Shown: positions 20,513-30,944, numbered from the stretch's first letter. The stretch: 64,000 nucleotides of DNA from Candidatus Magasanikiibacteriota bacterium (GCA_943355025.1 CALRDW010000003.1:7680-71679), one strand, 5' to 3'. Notes: generated by a model from the letters alone, not told the origin. A program made the numbers and translations.

Positions 20513-21550
20513 TTAGGCGGCTTCTACAATTGCAGGCGGCGTGAGGCCTAAATGTTCAAATGCGCGACGTGTTACAACACGACCTCTCGGTGTGCGCTCG
20601 AGAAATCCAATTTGAAGAAGATATGGCTCATTTACAGTTTCGAGCGTTTCCATTTCTTCAGCCGCGGCAGCAGCAAGTGTTGAAAGCCCAACAGGCCCGC
20701 CGCGAAAGGTATCGATAATGATTTGTAGAATTTTTCGGTCGCCATGGTCAAGTCCGAGATGATCGACGCGAAGCATGTCGAGTGTACGCATAATTACATC
20801 AGCGGTAACAAGTTCTGCGCGCTCGACTTGTGCAACATCGCGCACGCGGCGAAGCAAACGATTCGCAACGCGCGGCGTTCGTCGCGTCGCAGCCCCCAGT
20901 TTTTCAATCGCAGCATCATTTACCGCAACAGCTAAAATTTGTGCGGATCGTTTGATAATTTTTTTCATGTCTTCATCGGTATAAAAATCAAGATGGAATG
21001 TTGCGCCAAAACGATCGCGTAGTGGCGACGAGAGAAGAGATGGGCGCGTTGTTGCACCGATGAGCGTAAATTTATTAATCTGCATGCGCAGTGTTCGCGC
21101 GCCTGGGCCCTTGCCGATCATGAGGTCAAGTGCGAAATCCTCCATCGCTGGGTATAGAACTTCTTCAATCGATCTATTGAGGCGATGAATTTCGTCGATA
21201 AATAAAACGTCGCCGGTTTCAAGCGAGGTTAAAAGTGCAGCGAGGTCTCCAACTTTTTCAAGCGCTGGGCCCGACGTTACTTTACACACCCGCCCCATCT
21301 CGGCTGCGATTATATTTGCAAGTGTTGTCTTGCCAAGGCCGGGATTGCCATAAAGCAGAACATGGTCGATTGGTTCGCCGCGCATTGTTGCAGCCTGTAG
21401 AAAAACGTTGAGCGTTTCTTTTAAATGGTCCTGGCCGATAAACTCGCTGAGACTGCGTGGGCGCAATTCATTTTCAAGCACACGCTCATCGGGCGGCGCT
21501 GTTGCTGCTATTTCGCGCTCAGAAAATTGTTCATTATTCAGAAACGGCAT
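20513..21550 (-). CDS. ruvB: Holliday junction branch migration helicase RuvB
   Basis: LRP..L.EFIGQ, GNPGLGKTTLA, FIDEIHRL, RTPRGR. Confidence 0.97.
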   Translation of the reverse strand: MPFLNNEQFSEREIAATAPPDERVLENELRPRSLSEFIGQDHLKETLNVFLQAATMRGEPIDHVLLYGNPGLGKTTLANIIAAEMGRVCKVTSGPALEKVGDLAALLTSLETGDVLFIDEIHRLNRSIEEVLYPAMEDFALDLMIGKGPGARTLRMQINKFTLIGATTRPSLLSSPLRDRFGATFHLDFYTDEDMKKIIKRSAQILAVAVNDAAIEKLGAATRRTPRVANRLLRRVRDVAQVERAELVTADVIMRTLDMLRVDHLGLDHGDRKILQIIIDTFRGGPVGLSTLAAAAAEEMETLETVNEPYLLQIGFLERTPRGRVVTRRAFEHLGLTPPAIVEAA

Positions 21551-21603
21551 AGGCTTGTGTGAGGCTTGAGTATAACATGTGTGAGGGCGCACGACTGCTC
21601 ACG

Positions 21604-21612
21604 TGTGGATAA
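21604..21612 (-). promoter_or_regulatory. DnaA box upstream of nrdJ
   Basis: TGTGGATAA, the exact reverse complement of TTATCCACA. Confidence 0.5.
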
Positions 21613-21699
21613 TCTGGGGGTAGGTTTTTTTATGCTCTCAGATTACAGTAATTTGATACACAGTTGTCCACTTGCTATACTACTCGAGCATTTATAAAT

Positions 21700-21747
21700 T
21701 CACTATATATTGTGGTTGTCAAGGGGGGAGACCACAAGATGTAGTGG
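21700..21747 (+). promoter_or_regulatory. Tandem NrdR boxes
   Basis: CACTATATATTGTG (21701) and CACAAGATGTAGTG (21733), 32 bp apart, directly upstream of nrdJ. Confidence 0.85.
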
Positions 21748-21782
21748 TAGTGATATCTATAAGATCCTTTTAACTCTCCCGT

Positions 21783-24700
21783 ATGTCCCCCGAAATGCAA
21801 GCTCAATACACTGCTGCCGTGACGGGCAGCGCAGGCACTCCAAAAGGTTTAGTTATTCCTCGCCGGTATACTCACGAGGGACAAGATCCGTTCGCGACTG
21901 TCGAATACGAATTTCGAACTTCGATCATTCGCAATGCGGAAGGGAAGACAGTGTTTAATATGGACACCGTTGAGGTGCCAAAAAGCTGGTCACAGGTAGC
22001 AACGGATATTTTAGCGCAGAAATATTTTAGAAAAGCAGGTGTGCCGCTCAAAAATGCAGATGGCACGCCAAAATTAAATGTAGATGGGACACCGATGCTC
22101 GGGAGTGAGACGTCGGCAAAGCAGGTAATGCATCGCCTCGCGGGATGTTGGCGCTGGTGGGGAGAAAAGTACGGATATTTTGCAACCCCAAAGGATGCTG
22201 AGGCTTTTTACGACGAGACCGTGTACATGCTCATCCACCAGATGGCAGCGCCAAACTCGCCACAGTGGTTTAACACCGGGTTATATTGGGCGTATGGCAT
22301 CAACGGGCCGGCGCAAGGGCATTATTATGTAGATCCAGATTCGCATGAGCTTACAAAATCAAAGGATTCCTACTCACATCCACAGCCACACGCGTGTTTT
22401 ATTCAGTCGGTAACCGATGATCTCGTAAACGAGGGCGGTATTATGGACCTTTGGGTTCGTGAGGCGCGCTTATTTAAGTATGGATCGGGCACGGGCACGA
22501 ATTTTTCGAATCTTCGTGGTCGTGGTGAGCAGTTGTCGGGTGGTGGATCGTCATCAGGCCTCATGAGCTGGCTTAAGATTGGCGATCGCGCAGCCGGAGC
22601 GATTAAATCAGGTGGCACAACGCGTCGCGCAGCAAAGATGGTTATTATTGATGCTGACCACCCTGACGTTGAAGAGTTTGTCATGTGGAAAGCAGAAGAA
22701 GAAAAGAAAGTTGCTGCACTTGTTGCGGCTGGGTATCCTTCGGACTACGAAGGCGAGGCATATAACACAGTTTCTGGTCAGAATTCAAACAATTCGATTC
22801 GTGTTACTAATACATTTATTGAGGCAGTTCTTGAAGATCGCGAATGGAATCTTAAGTGGCGGACGGATGGACGCGTGTGCAAGACGATTAAAGCGCGCGA
22901 TTTGTGGGACAAGGTTGCGCTCGCTGCATGGAAATGTGCAGATCCTGGTGTGCAACTCGACACAACCATCAACGATTGGCACACTTCGCCAAAATCAGGT
23001 CGCGTTAACGCATCAAATCCGTGTTCCGAGTACATGTTTCTCGACAACACCGCGTGCAACTTGGCTTCGCTCAATCTTCAACACTTTTTTGACCCACGCA
23101 CCATGGTGTTTGATGTTGATTCGTTTCGTCATGCGTCGCGTCTTTGGACAGTCACACTCGAAATTTCAGTTTTGATGGCGCAATTTCCAAGCAAGGAAAT
23201 TGCTCAGATGAGCTATGAATTTCGCACGCTTGGTTTGGGCTACGCGAATCTCGGCGCTGGTGTGCTTATGGCGGCTGGCATTCCGTATGACAGTAAGGAG
23301 GCGCGTGCGATTGCCGGCGCTGTTACTGCAATTATGACGGGTGAGTCGTATGCAACGAGTGCAGAAATGGCGAAGTATTTGGGCGCGTTCTCAAAGTTCG
23401 AACTCAATCGCAGCGACATGCTTCGTGTTATTCGTAACCATCGCCGCGCTGCATACAATGCGCCGAACGAGGAATACGAGAAAATTTCTGTTAAACCTGT
23501 TGGTATCGACCCGCAAGCATGCCCTGTGTACTTGCTCAAAGCAGCTCGTGCCGCGTGGGACCGCGCGCTTGAGCTCGGTGAAATTTACGGCTATAGGAAT
23601 GCACAGACAACGTTACTTGCGCCAACCGGCACGATCGGATTATTGATGGATTGTGCAACGACCGGTGTTGAACCAGATTTTGCACTTGTTAAATTCAAAA
23701 AACTTTCAGGTGGCGGTTACTTCAAGATTGTGAACGATGGAATTCCGACATCACTCCGCACGCTTGGCTATACAGATGCGCAAATTGAAGAAGTTGTGCG
23801 ATATATGCGTGGTGTTGCAACACTTGCGGGTGCGCCACACGTCAATCACACGGTATTAAAAGCAAAAGGGTTTGCGGATAGCGACATTGAAAAAATTGAA
23901 AAGCAATTGGTCGGTGTGTTTGAGCTTCAGTTTGCGTTTAATGTGTATGCGCTTGGCGAAGATTTGCTTCAGCGACTTGGCTTCAGACCAGAACAATATA
24001 ATGATCTTAACTTTAACATGCTTCGCGCGCTTGGATTTACGGATCAGGAGCTTGCAGAAGCAAATGATTATGTGTGTGGCACAATGACGATTGAAGGAGC
24101 ACCACATCTTAAGAAAGAACATTATGCGGTATTTGATTGTGCAAACCGATGCGGAAAGAAAGGCGAACGATATATTCACCACATGGGCCATGTGCGCATG
24201 ATGGCAGCGGTACAGCCGTTTTTGTCGGGCGCAATTTCTAAGACGATTAACATGCCAAACGAGGTCACGACTGATGATATTAAGGAGGCATATATTGAAT
24301 CGTGGCGTCTTGGTATTAAAGCAATGGCTTTGTATCGCGACGGATGTAAATTATCGCAGCCGCTTTCGGGTAAGAGTGATAAAAAAGATGAAAAGAAGGA
24401 AGAGACTGCGTCTGCAGCGCCTGTTTTTGCGGAAGTGCCCGTTGCGCCACAGCAGGCTCCAGTCGCTGTAGCAGATCTTCCGGAGGCAGTAGTGCCGACG
24501 CCACCAATCAATTCATCCGTTGAATCCGTTGCGTTGCGCGCTCCGTCAGAGGCTGTCAAACAGATGGTTGAATATGTGGGGAGCGGTTTGCAGTTTGGTG
24601 AACGACGACCGTTGCCAAGCAAACGCACTGGCATCACGGTTGAAGCAAAAATTGGCAGTCAACAAATTTATTTGCGCACGGGTGAATATGCGGATGGCAA

Positions 24701-25280
24701 ACTCGGTGAAATTTTCATCGATATGTATCGCGAGGGTGCAGCGTTCCGTAGCGTGCTCAACTGTTTTGCGATTTCGATTTCGATTGGCCTGCAGCATGGC
24801 GTTCCACTCGAGAAGTTCGTTGAGAAATTTACGTTCACACGATTTGAACCATCTGGTTTTACAACGCATCCGAATGTAAAGATGTGTACATCGATTGTGG
24901 ATTACATTTTTCGCGTGCTTGCGGTTGAATATCTTGGGCGCATGGATTTGGCGCAAGTTCCACCAACGGGTATTGAGATGAATCGCGTTGATAAATTGCG
25001 CGAGGTTGCTGAAGCGGCGAATGAGCATGCGCAGGAGAGCGTGGGCGAATTGTCAGCTGTTGTTGCAGAGACGGCAATCGGCGAGCAGACCGCGTTTATT
25101 CCAAACGCAGTCGGCTCCATGAGCTCGGCGGGCGCAATTTTAGGACATAAAAAGTCAGCGCAAGGCCTCGACAATTTGATGGGCGATGCGCCGCCGTGCG
25201 ACACGTGCGGGCACACAACAGTTCGCAACGGATCATGTTACCGCTGCCTTAATTGCGGCGCGAGCATGGGGTGTAGCTAA
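21783..25280 (+). CDS. nrdJ: Class II adenosylcobalamin-dependent ribonucleotide reductase
   Basis: PNSP.WFN, ACFI, NPCSEY, APTGTI, AISKTIN motifs; TSCPD-like domain; C-terminal CxxC..CxxC..GCS. Confidence 0.95.
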   Translation: MSPEMQAQYTAAVTGSAGTPKGLVIPRRYTHEGQDPFATVEYEFRTSIIRNAEGKTVFNMDTVEVPKSWSQVATDILAQKYFRKAGVPLKNADGTPKLNVDGTPMLGSETSAKQVMHRLAGCWRWWGEKYGYFATPKDAEAFYDETVYMLIHQMAAPNSPQWFNTGLYWAYGINGPAQGHYYVDPDSHELTKSKDSYSHPQPHACFIQSVTDDLVNEGGIMDLWVREARLFKYGSGTGTNFSNLRGRGEQLSGGGSSSGLMSWLKIGDRAAGAIKSGGTTRRAAKMVIIDADHPDVEEFVMWKAEEEKKVAALVAAGYPSDYEGEAYNTVSGQNSNNSIRVTNTFIEAVLEDREWNLKWRTDGRVCKTIKARDLWDKVALAAWKCADPGVQLDTTINDWHTSPKSGRVNASNPCSEYMFLDNTACNLASLNLQHFFDPRTMVFDVDSFRHASRLWTVTLEISVLMAQFPSKEIAQMSYEFRTLGLGYANLGAGVLMAAGIPYDSKEARAIAGAVTAIMTGESYATSAEMAKYLGAFSKFELNRSDMLRVIRNHRRAAYNAPNEEYEKISVKPVGIDPQACPVYLLKAARAAWDRALELGEIYGYRNAQTTLLAPTGTIGLLMDCATTGVEPDFALVKFKKLSGGGYFKIVNDGIPTSLRTLGYTDAQIEEVVRYMRGVATLAGAPHVNHTVLKAKGFADSDIEKIEKQLVGVFELQFAFNVYALGEDLLQRLGFRPEQYNDLNFNMLRALGFTDQELAEANDYVCGTMTIEGAPHLKKEHYAVFDCANRCGKKGERYIHHMGHVRMMAAVQPFLSGAISKTINMPNEVTTDDIKEAYIESWRLGIKAMALYRDGCKLSQPLSGKSDKKDEKKEETASAAPVFAEVPVAPQQAPVAVADLPEAVVPTPPINSSVESVALRAPSEAVKQMVEYVGSGLQFGERRPLPSKRTGITVEAKIGSQQIYLRTGEYADGKLGEIFIDMYREGAAFRSVLNCFAISISIGLQHGVPLEKFVEKFTFTRFEPSGFTTHPNVKMCTSIVDYIFRVLAVEYLGRMDLAQVPPTGIEMNRVDKLREVAEAANEHAQESVGELSAVVAETAIGEQTAFIPNAVGSMSSAGAILGHKKSAQGLDNLMGDAPPCDTCGHTTVRNGSCYRCLNCGASMGCS

Positions 25281-25445
25281 TTGAAACATGGTCGTGCAAT
25301 CGATTTTTGGAACAGGCCGCGCAAGCGGTCTGTTTTGAATTAAAAAAGATTACGTCGAAGCCCTGAGTTTTCCACATTGACTAAAATGGTATTGCGTGAT
25401 ATAACCGACTAAGAGAGTGCTCACAACATCACTTCGAGGTGCACC

Positions 25446-25973
25446 ATGCCGCTCAACTGGTTCCGTGGTAAAAAGAATTCTATTGCAGAGCGCGATCCAC
25501 ATCGCGGAAACGCGCGTATCATTCAAGAACATGATGGGAGATTTCGGTTATTGCGTCCGGGGCATGCAGCGCCCGAGGGCTCTGCGTTTATTCGGGTAAT
25601 CAGGGCCGTGCATCTGGGGACTGATATCGAAATTGCTGATGGTCGTACGTTCACGGCCAAGATGACAGTTGGTATCGCACATCCGCATAGCAATGACGAG
25701 CTCACGCACGAAGCCCTGATGCGGTATTTGCAGACTCTTGCAGAGGGCGATTTGAAAGCGCTTGCTGCACGAATTGTACACGAACAAGCAGCGCACATTT
25801 CGGGCGAAGTGTGCTTGCTCGAAAATCATGAGAATGAATGTGCGGCGCACCCGGAATGGGAGCGCGCACATTTGCAGCAACTTGTTGCTCATGAACTTGA
25901 GCAACACGGTTGCTCGCTCAGCTCGTGGCTTCTCGCCGAAAAGGATCCGTCGGTTGTGCCGAAGAGGATCTAA
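25446..25973 (+). CDS. Hypothetical protein (possibly remote SPFH-like)
   Basis: TTGACT-17-TATAAC promoter and SD GAGGTG; the fold guess is weak. Confidence 0.55.
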   Translation: MPLNWFRGKKNSIAERDPHRGNARIIQEHDGRFRLLRPGHAAPEGSAFIRVIRAVHLGTDIEIADGRTFTAKMTVGIAHPHSNDELTHEALMRYLQTLAEGDLKALAARIVHEQAAHISGEVCLLENHENECAAHPEWERAHLQQLVAHELEQHGCSLSSWLLAEKDPSVVPKRI

Positions 25974-26072
25974 AGAGGACTACAGGTTTTGTCTCTCGAA
26001 TGCCCCGCGTTCGAGAGTTTTTTTATACCTACGTCTTGACACAGACCTAATTTTACGCTACCTTTTAGAGGT

Positions 26073-26660
26073 ATGAAGATCTACACCCGCGGTGGCGACA
26101 CCGGCACAACTTCACTTGTTGATGGCACACGAGTCTCAAAAGACGACGCGCGCATTGATGCATATGGAACGCTCGATGAGCTTAATTCTATTATTGGGCT
26201 TGCGCGTGCTGAACTTGCAGAGTGTTCTGGTGGTGGATGCGCATGTTCGGGCGCGGCGCCGGACATGGATGCGCTCGATCCAATTTTATATAAAATTCAG
26301 AACGAATTATTCGTCATCGGCTCTCGTTTAGCAACTCCACCGGGACCCATGGAAACGAAAATCGCGAGCGTGTCGCAAGAGGCGATTGATTTTCTTGAAA
26401 AAGGAATGGATATTTTATCAACGGATCTTCCACCACTTACACGCTTTATTTTGCCCGGCGGCTCGACGCTTGCTGCGGAATTGCATCTTGGCCGAACAGT
26501 GTGTCGTCGTGCTGAGCGATTAATCATCACACTGAGTTCGCAGGGAGAAATTGATCCGCTCATTATTAAATATGTAAATCGTTTGAGTGATTTTTTATTT
26601 GTCGCTGCACGGTGGGCATGTTTACAGCAAGGCGAGCCAGAAGTTTTTTGGGAAAAATAA
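26073..26660 (+). CDS. PduO-type ATP:cob(I)alamin adenosyltransferase
   Basis: KIYTRGGD.G.T, YGTLDELNS, RTVCRRAER and NRLSDFLF motifs. Confidence 0.95.
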   Translation: MKIYTRGGDTGTTSLVDGTRVSKDDARIDAYGTLDELNSIIGLARAELAECSGGGCACSGAAPDMDALDPILYKIQNELFVIGSRLATPPGPMETKIASVSQEAIDFLEKGMDILSTDLPPLTRFILPGGSTLAAELHLGRTVCRRAERLIITLSSQGEIDPLIIKYVNRLSDFLFVAARWACLQQGEPEVFWEK

Positions 26661-26676
26661 AAAAATTTTAGAATTT

Positions 26677-27648
26677 TTAATTGAGTGTACGTGTAACAAT
26701 TTTTGCGGGGCTGAAAATAAAATTGTCAGGAATTTTTTTAGAAATTTTTACAGCGACAAAGCAACTGATCGCGCCGATCGTTGCTCCCGCAAGAATATCT
26801 ACGCCATAATGTTGAAGCCCGTAGAGCGTTGCAACAACCGTAAGCAAAAAAAATGGTACGAGAATAATTGCAGAGTATTTCCAAATTCGATATCCAAAAA
26901 ATAAAATGAGAGTTGCCCAGGCGATGTGCATGCTGGGAAAATTTGTTACATCGAGAAATGGTGTTGCATCATGCGTTTGGAGAGTTTTGATCGTGCTGAT
27001 AAATTGTGTAACAGCGGGGGAGATATACATGCTCGCTGACTCGGCCGCGAGGGCCGGAGAGAGTGGTGTGTTAGTAATGTTATAAAGAAATCGAGCGGCG
27101 GGTGTGAGACCGGGGAATGAGAGCCAGAGCGGGGTGCTGAGAATTTCTGAAAAAACAAATGCAAGAAGAACGGCGAGTGAAAATTTTTGTCCGCGCACGA
27201 ATGCTGCAATGAAAAGAAGGCCAAGTGCAAGCGCGAGGAAGCTGTAGCAGACGAGCGAAGTGGGACCGATTATCTCGAGAATGTTGTGAAACGGATTTGC
27301 GCTTGTATGAATCCAGAGCGGAAGATTAACGCCGAATATTTTTTTATCCCAACCTAATAATTTTTCAGCGAGCATTGTTGCGCGCGCGGGCGTTGTGCTG
27401 TGTGCAACAGAAGTTAAAATGATTCCTGAGAGCAGCGCAAGACCGATGAAAATTCCAGTGAGTGCAAGTGAGGATCGAATATAAATAAGAATCGCGGCGC
27501 GGGCGTGTTTATTTTTGTGCACGAGATATTGTACGCTCCACACATAAATATTAATCGCGTAAAATAAAATGAGGAAAATAAAAAATAGTAAGAGAAAATA
27601 CGAACCGCCGAAATGGATATAGTAGCTGAGGGATTTTAAAATTTGCAT
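26677..27648 (-). CDS. PAP2-family membrane phosphatase/phosphotransferase
   Basis: FPSMH and HYGVDI motifs; multiple TM helices. Confidence 0.8.
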   Translation of the reverse strand: MQILKSLSYYIHFGGSYFLLLFFIFLILFYAINIYVWSVQYLVHKNKHARAAILIYIRSSLALTGIFIGLALLSGIILTSVAHSTTPARATMLAEKLLGWDKKIFGVNLPLWIHTSANPFHNILEIIGPTSLVCYSFLALALGLLFIAAFVRGQKFSLAVLLAFVFSEILSTPLWLSFPGLTPAARFLYNITNTPLSPALAAESASMYISPAVTQFISTIKTLQTHDATPFLDVTNFPSMHIAWATLILFFGYRIWKYSAIILVPFFLLTVVATLYGLQHYGVDILAGATIGAISCFVAVKISKKIPDNFIFSPAKIVTRTLN

Positions 27649-27745
27649 ACTGTGGTTTATGCAACAGGGGTGATTGAGTGTTTTGCGGGCGGACTTTTCA
27701 GACTGGTCTTATAGTACTCAAGGCGACCACGCTCACGACTCCAGC

Positions 27746-27850
27746 TCACATCTGAGACATCATCAAAAAGCCACGGGTAATACGTGCCAATAAGAATGGC
27801 TCTGTGTCTTTAAACTCTGGGAGTTGTTTTTCAAAAGGGTTAGGAAGCAT
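27746..27850 (-). pseudogene. 5' stub of DGR-target-like family gene
   Basis: MLPNPFEKQLPEFKDTEP matches the paralog B N-terminus for about 18 codons, then is unrelated. Confidence 0.75.
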
Positions 27851-28010
27851 GGAAGCAGTATAGCACTTGAATGAACGCATACTCAAAGAAAATGCAGATG
27901 CCTCGACGGGGGCTCGTGTATATCTCCCCCTGAGAGGCATCTGCATTTTCTTTGAGTATATGTTGAATCACTGTATTGAACTACTTATAAGCTTTTGAGC
28001 TCTGTTGAAA
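27851..28010 (-). repeat. Conserved palindromic element, copy C plus leaderless promoter
   Basis: Arms 27879-27904 and 27934-27959 are perfect 26-bp complements; 29-nt core; upstream ~50 bp shared with copy D. Confidence 0.9.
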
Positions 28011-28051
28011 ATAAATTAAAAACACCCACATTTTGATGGGTATTTTTAATT

Positions 28052-28132
28052 TGCCGCGGGCGGGAGTCGAACCCACAAGCCTTACGGCGGGGGATTTTAA
28101 GTCCCCTGTGTATACCATTCCACCACCGCGGC
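28052..28132 (-). tRNA. tRNA-Leu(UAA)
   Basis: GGGGA-CT-TAA-AA-TCCCC; variable arm. Confidence 0.93.
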
Positions 28133-28252
28133 ACAAGCCTATCGCAGTGTATAAAAAAACTCGGTTGCGGTCAATGTTATAAAAAATCCGCCGAGCACAC
28201 AAAGTGTTGGGCGGATGGATCGACTCTCGTTGAATAAGGCAGATCTGAGTCT

Positions 28253-29116
28253 CTAACAGCTACGATTCCACTCCTCGATGAGTGCAGGCAACTGCGTAAA
28301 GTCTTCGACGAAATGCGTCGCATGTTTGCTGTGCGTGTCGCATTTACGTCGGTTGACGAAAATCCGCATCGGAACCCCGAACGTTTTTGCGTGCAACATA
28401 TCTGTGTGCGTGTCGCCAATTTTCACTGCATGCGCGACAGAGACTCCGGTTCGGCGCTCGAATTCATCCCACGTTTCTTTGCCGCCTTTGCCGTGCGGGT
28501 CAGTGACGATAATGTTCGGCACAAGACTGAGAACGCGCTGTTTTTCAAACCGCTCGAGTTTTTTGCGGATTGAATACTCAGGATCGTAGAGCGGGCGATC
28601 ATTATCACGACGTTGGAGTCGCATGTCCGTTGTTGTTACGCCAACGATCTGCAGACCAAGTCCGTGCTCGAGCTGTTCGAGAATCGCTGCGCTGTCTTCG
28701 TACGGGCGACTGATCTTAGAAACAACATCCCAGAACAAATCATCGTGGTGTACGAGACTGTTGAGATGTCTCAGATCAAACGGATCCGAAATAAGTGAAT
28801 GCATCATGTATGCCGCGCGTCCAGTCCAGCTCCAATGGAGATCAGCTGGAAGCACGCCATTCTTTGATTCAACGTAGAGCGGAAAAGATCGCCGTAGCTC
28901 AGCTGACAAACGGCGATACTCGTTGATTCCTCGATTCGCAATCAGAATTTGGATCTGCTCGCGGAACGTGCCATGAACATGGTCCGTATCGATGTCCGGA
29001 TAGTCATTGAGAAGTGATTCTGCCGCCGCATACTCAGCATATTTTGCAACAAAGTCTGTTGCGCAATAATCCATGTCGCATGCAACTGCTCGAATAATTT
29101 GTTTACGTGGATTCAC
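28253..29116 (-). CDS. Divergent HAD-superfamily hydrolase
   Basis: VACDMDYC (motif I), IGDTHTD (motif IV); GTG start after SD AAGGAG. Confidence 0.6.
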   Translation of the reverse strand: MNPRKQIIRAVACDMDYCATDFVAKYAEYAAAESLLNDYPDIDTDHVHGTFREQIQILIANRGINEYRRLSAELRRSFPLYVESKNGVLPADLHWSWTGRAAYMMHSLISDPFDLRHLNSLVHHDDLFWDVVSKISRPYEDSAAILEQLEHGLGLQIVGVTTTDMRLQRRDNDRPLYDPEYSIRKKLERFEKQRVLSLVPNIIVTDPHGKGGKETWDEFERRTGVSVAHAVKIGDTHTDMLHAKTFGVPMRIFVNRRKCDTHSKHATHFVEDFTQLPALIEEWNRSC

Positions 29117-29175
29117 GGGTAACTCCTTGCTGAAAATATCCAGCGAAACGAGTGTACTGCAGTCCAAAAATTAAA

Positions 29176-29616
29176 TCAAGGCGTAGTGCAGCCGGAGAGG
29201 GAATATAATTGGTCAATCGAAAGAACACCTTCGTGAGTTTGGTTGTCTGGCGTTATCCATGTTGGGTAGCTTTTAATTCCTGCTGCGTCACATGCGGCTG
29301 TTTGCTGATTATCGGGCCCTGCACATTCGACGTATGGAAGATTTGCTGCAGCGGAACCAAATAATGACTTTTGCTCAGCGCAATGCGGGCACCAAGACGC
29401 GCCATAAAATTTGAGGCCTTTTTTGGAAATGCACGCGGCAAGTGAGGGTGCGCGTGGGTCTGTTTGGTTTGAACGCGAGTGAATAATCGCGAGTCCGACG
29501 ATTACTGCAGCAATAAGACCAATTACAGTGTATAAAAAAAGGTTGTTGGATTGTTCTGAAGTGCTGGTTTTCATGTTGACGGAGATTATCTGTTCTGTTA
29601 TAGTTGCTCCGCTCAT
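29176..29616 (-). CDS. Membrane-anchored thioredoxin-fold protein
   Basis: TM helix, YGASWCPHC, YVEC, YPTW. Confidence 0.85.
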   Translation of the reverse strand: MSGATITEQIISVNMKTSTSEQSNNLFLYTVIGLIAAVIVGLAIIHSRSNQTDPRAPSLAACISKKGLKFYGASWCPHCAEQKSLFGSAAANLPYVECAGPDNQQTAACDAAGIKSYPTWITPDNQTHEGVLSIDQLYSLSGCTTP

Positions 29617-29661
29617 TCTAGCATGGGAGAGAGTAGTAAGCTAGGGTGTAATTCTATGATC

Positions 29662-29733
29662 GCCGCGGTAGCTCATCGGTAGAGCGCTGCCCTGAAGAGG
29701 CAGGCGTGGCCAGTTCGACTCTGGCTCGCGGCA
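29662..29733 (+). tRNA. tRNA-Phe(GAA)
   Basis: CTGCC-CT-GAA-GA-GGCAG. Confidence 0.92.
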
Positions 29734-29836
29734 TATAAAAAACAGATGCTTCGGTATCTGTTTTTTAATTTCTCAATAAGCACATGGCTTTTTAATTGAC
29801 ACGTCTTGCTCAGCCGCGATATCATTATGCGCGCGC

Positions 29837-29907
29837 GGGCCTGTAGTAAAGTGGTATTACGCGGCATTCGCATTGCTGAGGCGGGAGTCCGATTCTCCCC
29901 AGGTCCA
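29837..29907 (+). tRNA. tRNA-Ala(CGC)
   Basis: G3:U70 pair; CGGCA-TT-CGC-AT-TGCTG. Confidence 0.88.
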
Positions 29908-29974
29908 CATAAAAATTCCCACCAGTTCGGTGGGAATTTTTATTTGCCTCTGTAGGCCGTACGAGGCGGTTTCT

Positions 29975-30226
29975 TTACATTTTCTTGTCGCCCTTGCCCA
30001 TTCCGCATGCGCCGCCTTGGCAGCATCCTGAACATTTGCACATGAGAAGCATGAATAGAGCGGAGACACCTACGATAATGTAGATGACGCGTTCAACAGA
30101 CGAGCCTGCGCCAAAAAGTGAGGCAACGAGGTTGTACTTAAAAACACCGACAAGACCCCAGTTTATAGCGCCAACCCAAACGAGGGCTGCAGCGACTTTG
30201 TGACCGACGCACATGCCTGAATGCAT
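29975..30226 (-). CDS. DUF378-family small membrane protein
   Basis: VGAINWGLVG..NLV..LFG..RVIYIIVG. Confidence 0.88.
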   Translation of the reverse strand: MHSGMCVGHKVAAALVWVGAINWGLVGVFKYNLVASLFGAGSSVERVIYIIVGVSALFMLLMCKCSGCCQGGACGMGKGDKKM

Positions 30227-30300
30227 ACGAACATTTTTTAAATGAATAACTGAGTTAAGTATAACACATTATTTAAGAGGTCTGTTATACTATACTCACT

Positions 30301-30852
30301 ATGTTTCTTGATATTGGTCTCGGAATTCTTATCGCAATTTGGGTCAGCCATTTTTTTGGTGTTCCTTTAACAACTGGTTTATTAGGGTTTGGAGTGTTTT
30401 TTTCTTTAATACCTGACATTGATTTTTTGGTTGAACTTTTTAAACACGGGAGTGTTGGCGGCAAGTTTGTGCGGGAACATAGGGAGCTGTTACACTTTCC
30501 TATTCTGTATGCTCCGCTTATTTTGTGCGTGTATTTAATTTTTGGGAGCATGTGGGCATTAATGCTCGGTTTTGGATTGCTTGGACATTTTTTGCATGAC
30601 AGTGTTGGTATTGGTTGGGGCGTCAAATGGTTATGGCCAATTTCAAAGAGGTCCTTTAAGTTTTTTTCTGAACGAAATGGCGCGTTCTCGAGGCGTTTAT
30701 TGGTTTCATGGAGTCCGCAGGAACTTCCAGGCGTTGTTGCAGAACACGGTGATCCTCATTGGATGAGAAATATCTATTTGCGTTTGCACCCAATCGGAGT
30801 AATCGAATTTTTATTTTTTGTCGGGGCCTTAATCATGTTGTATTTCTATTAG
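30301..30852 (+). CDS. Membrane-bound metal-dependent hydrolase (YdjM-like)
   Basis: PDID, HRELLH, HFLHD and WLWP motifs. Confidence 0.8.
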   Translation: MFLDIGLGILIAIWVSHFFGVPLTTGLLGFGVFFSLIPDIDFLVELFKHGSVGGKFVREHRELLHFPILYAPLILCVYLIFGSMWALMLGFGLLGHFLHDSVGIGWGVKWLWPISKRSFKFFSERNGAFSRRLLVSWSPQELPGVVAEHGDPHWMRNIYLRLHPIGVIEFLFFVGALIMLYFY

Positions 30853-30944
30853 AAATGTATTGCAGGCTTTTTCTTTCAACTGTTGACAGCGCGTTTACAT
30901 TTCGGTACAATAACCCCGCTTTATTGCTATCTTTGAAAGTACCT

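Noticed and set aside
23640-24620. Intein in NrdJ
   Set aside because: The inserted and Ala/Pro-rich segments lack intein terminal motifs and endonuclease signatures; they look like a normal insertion and linker
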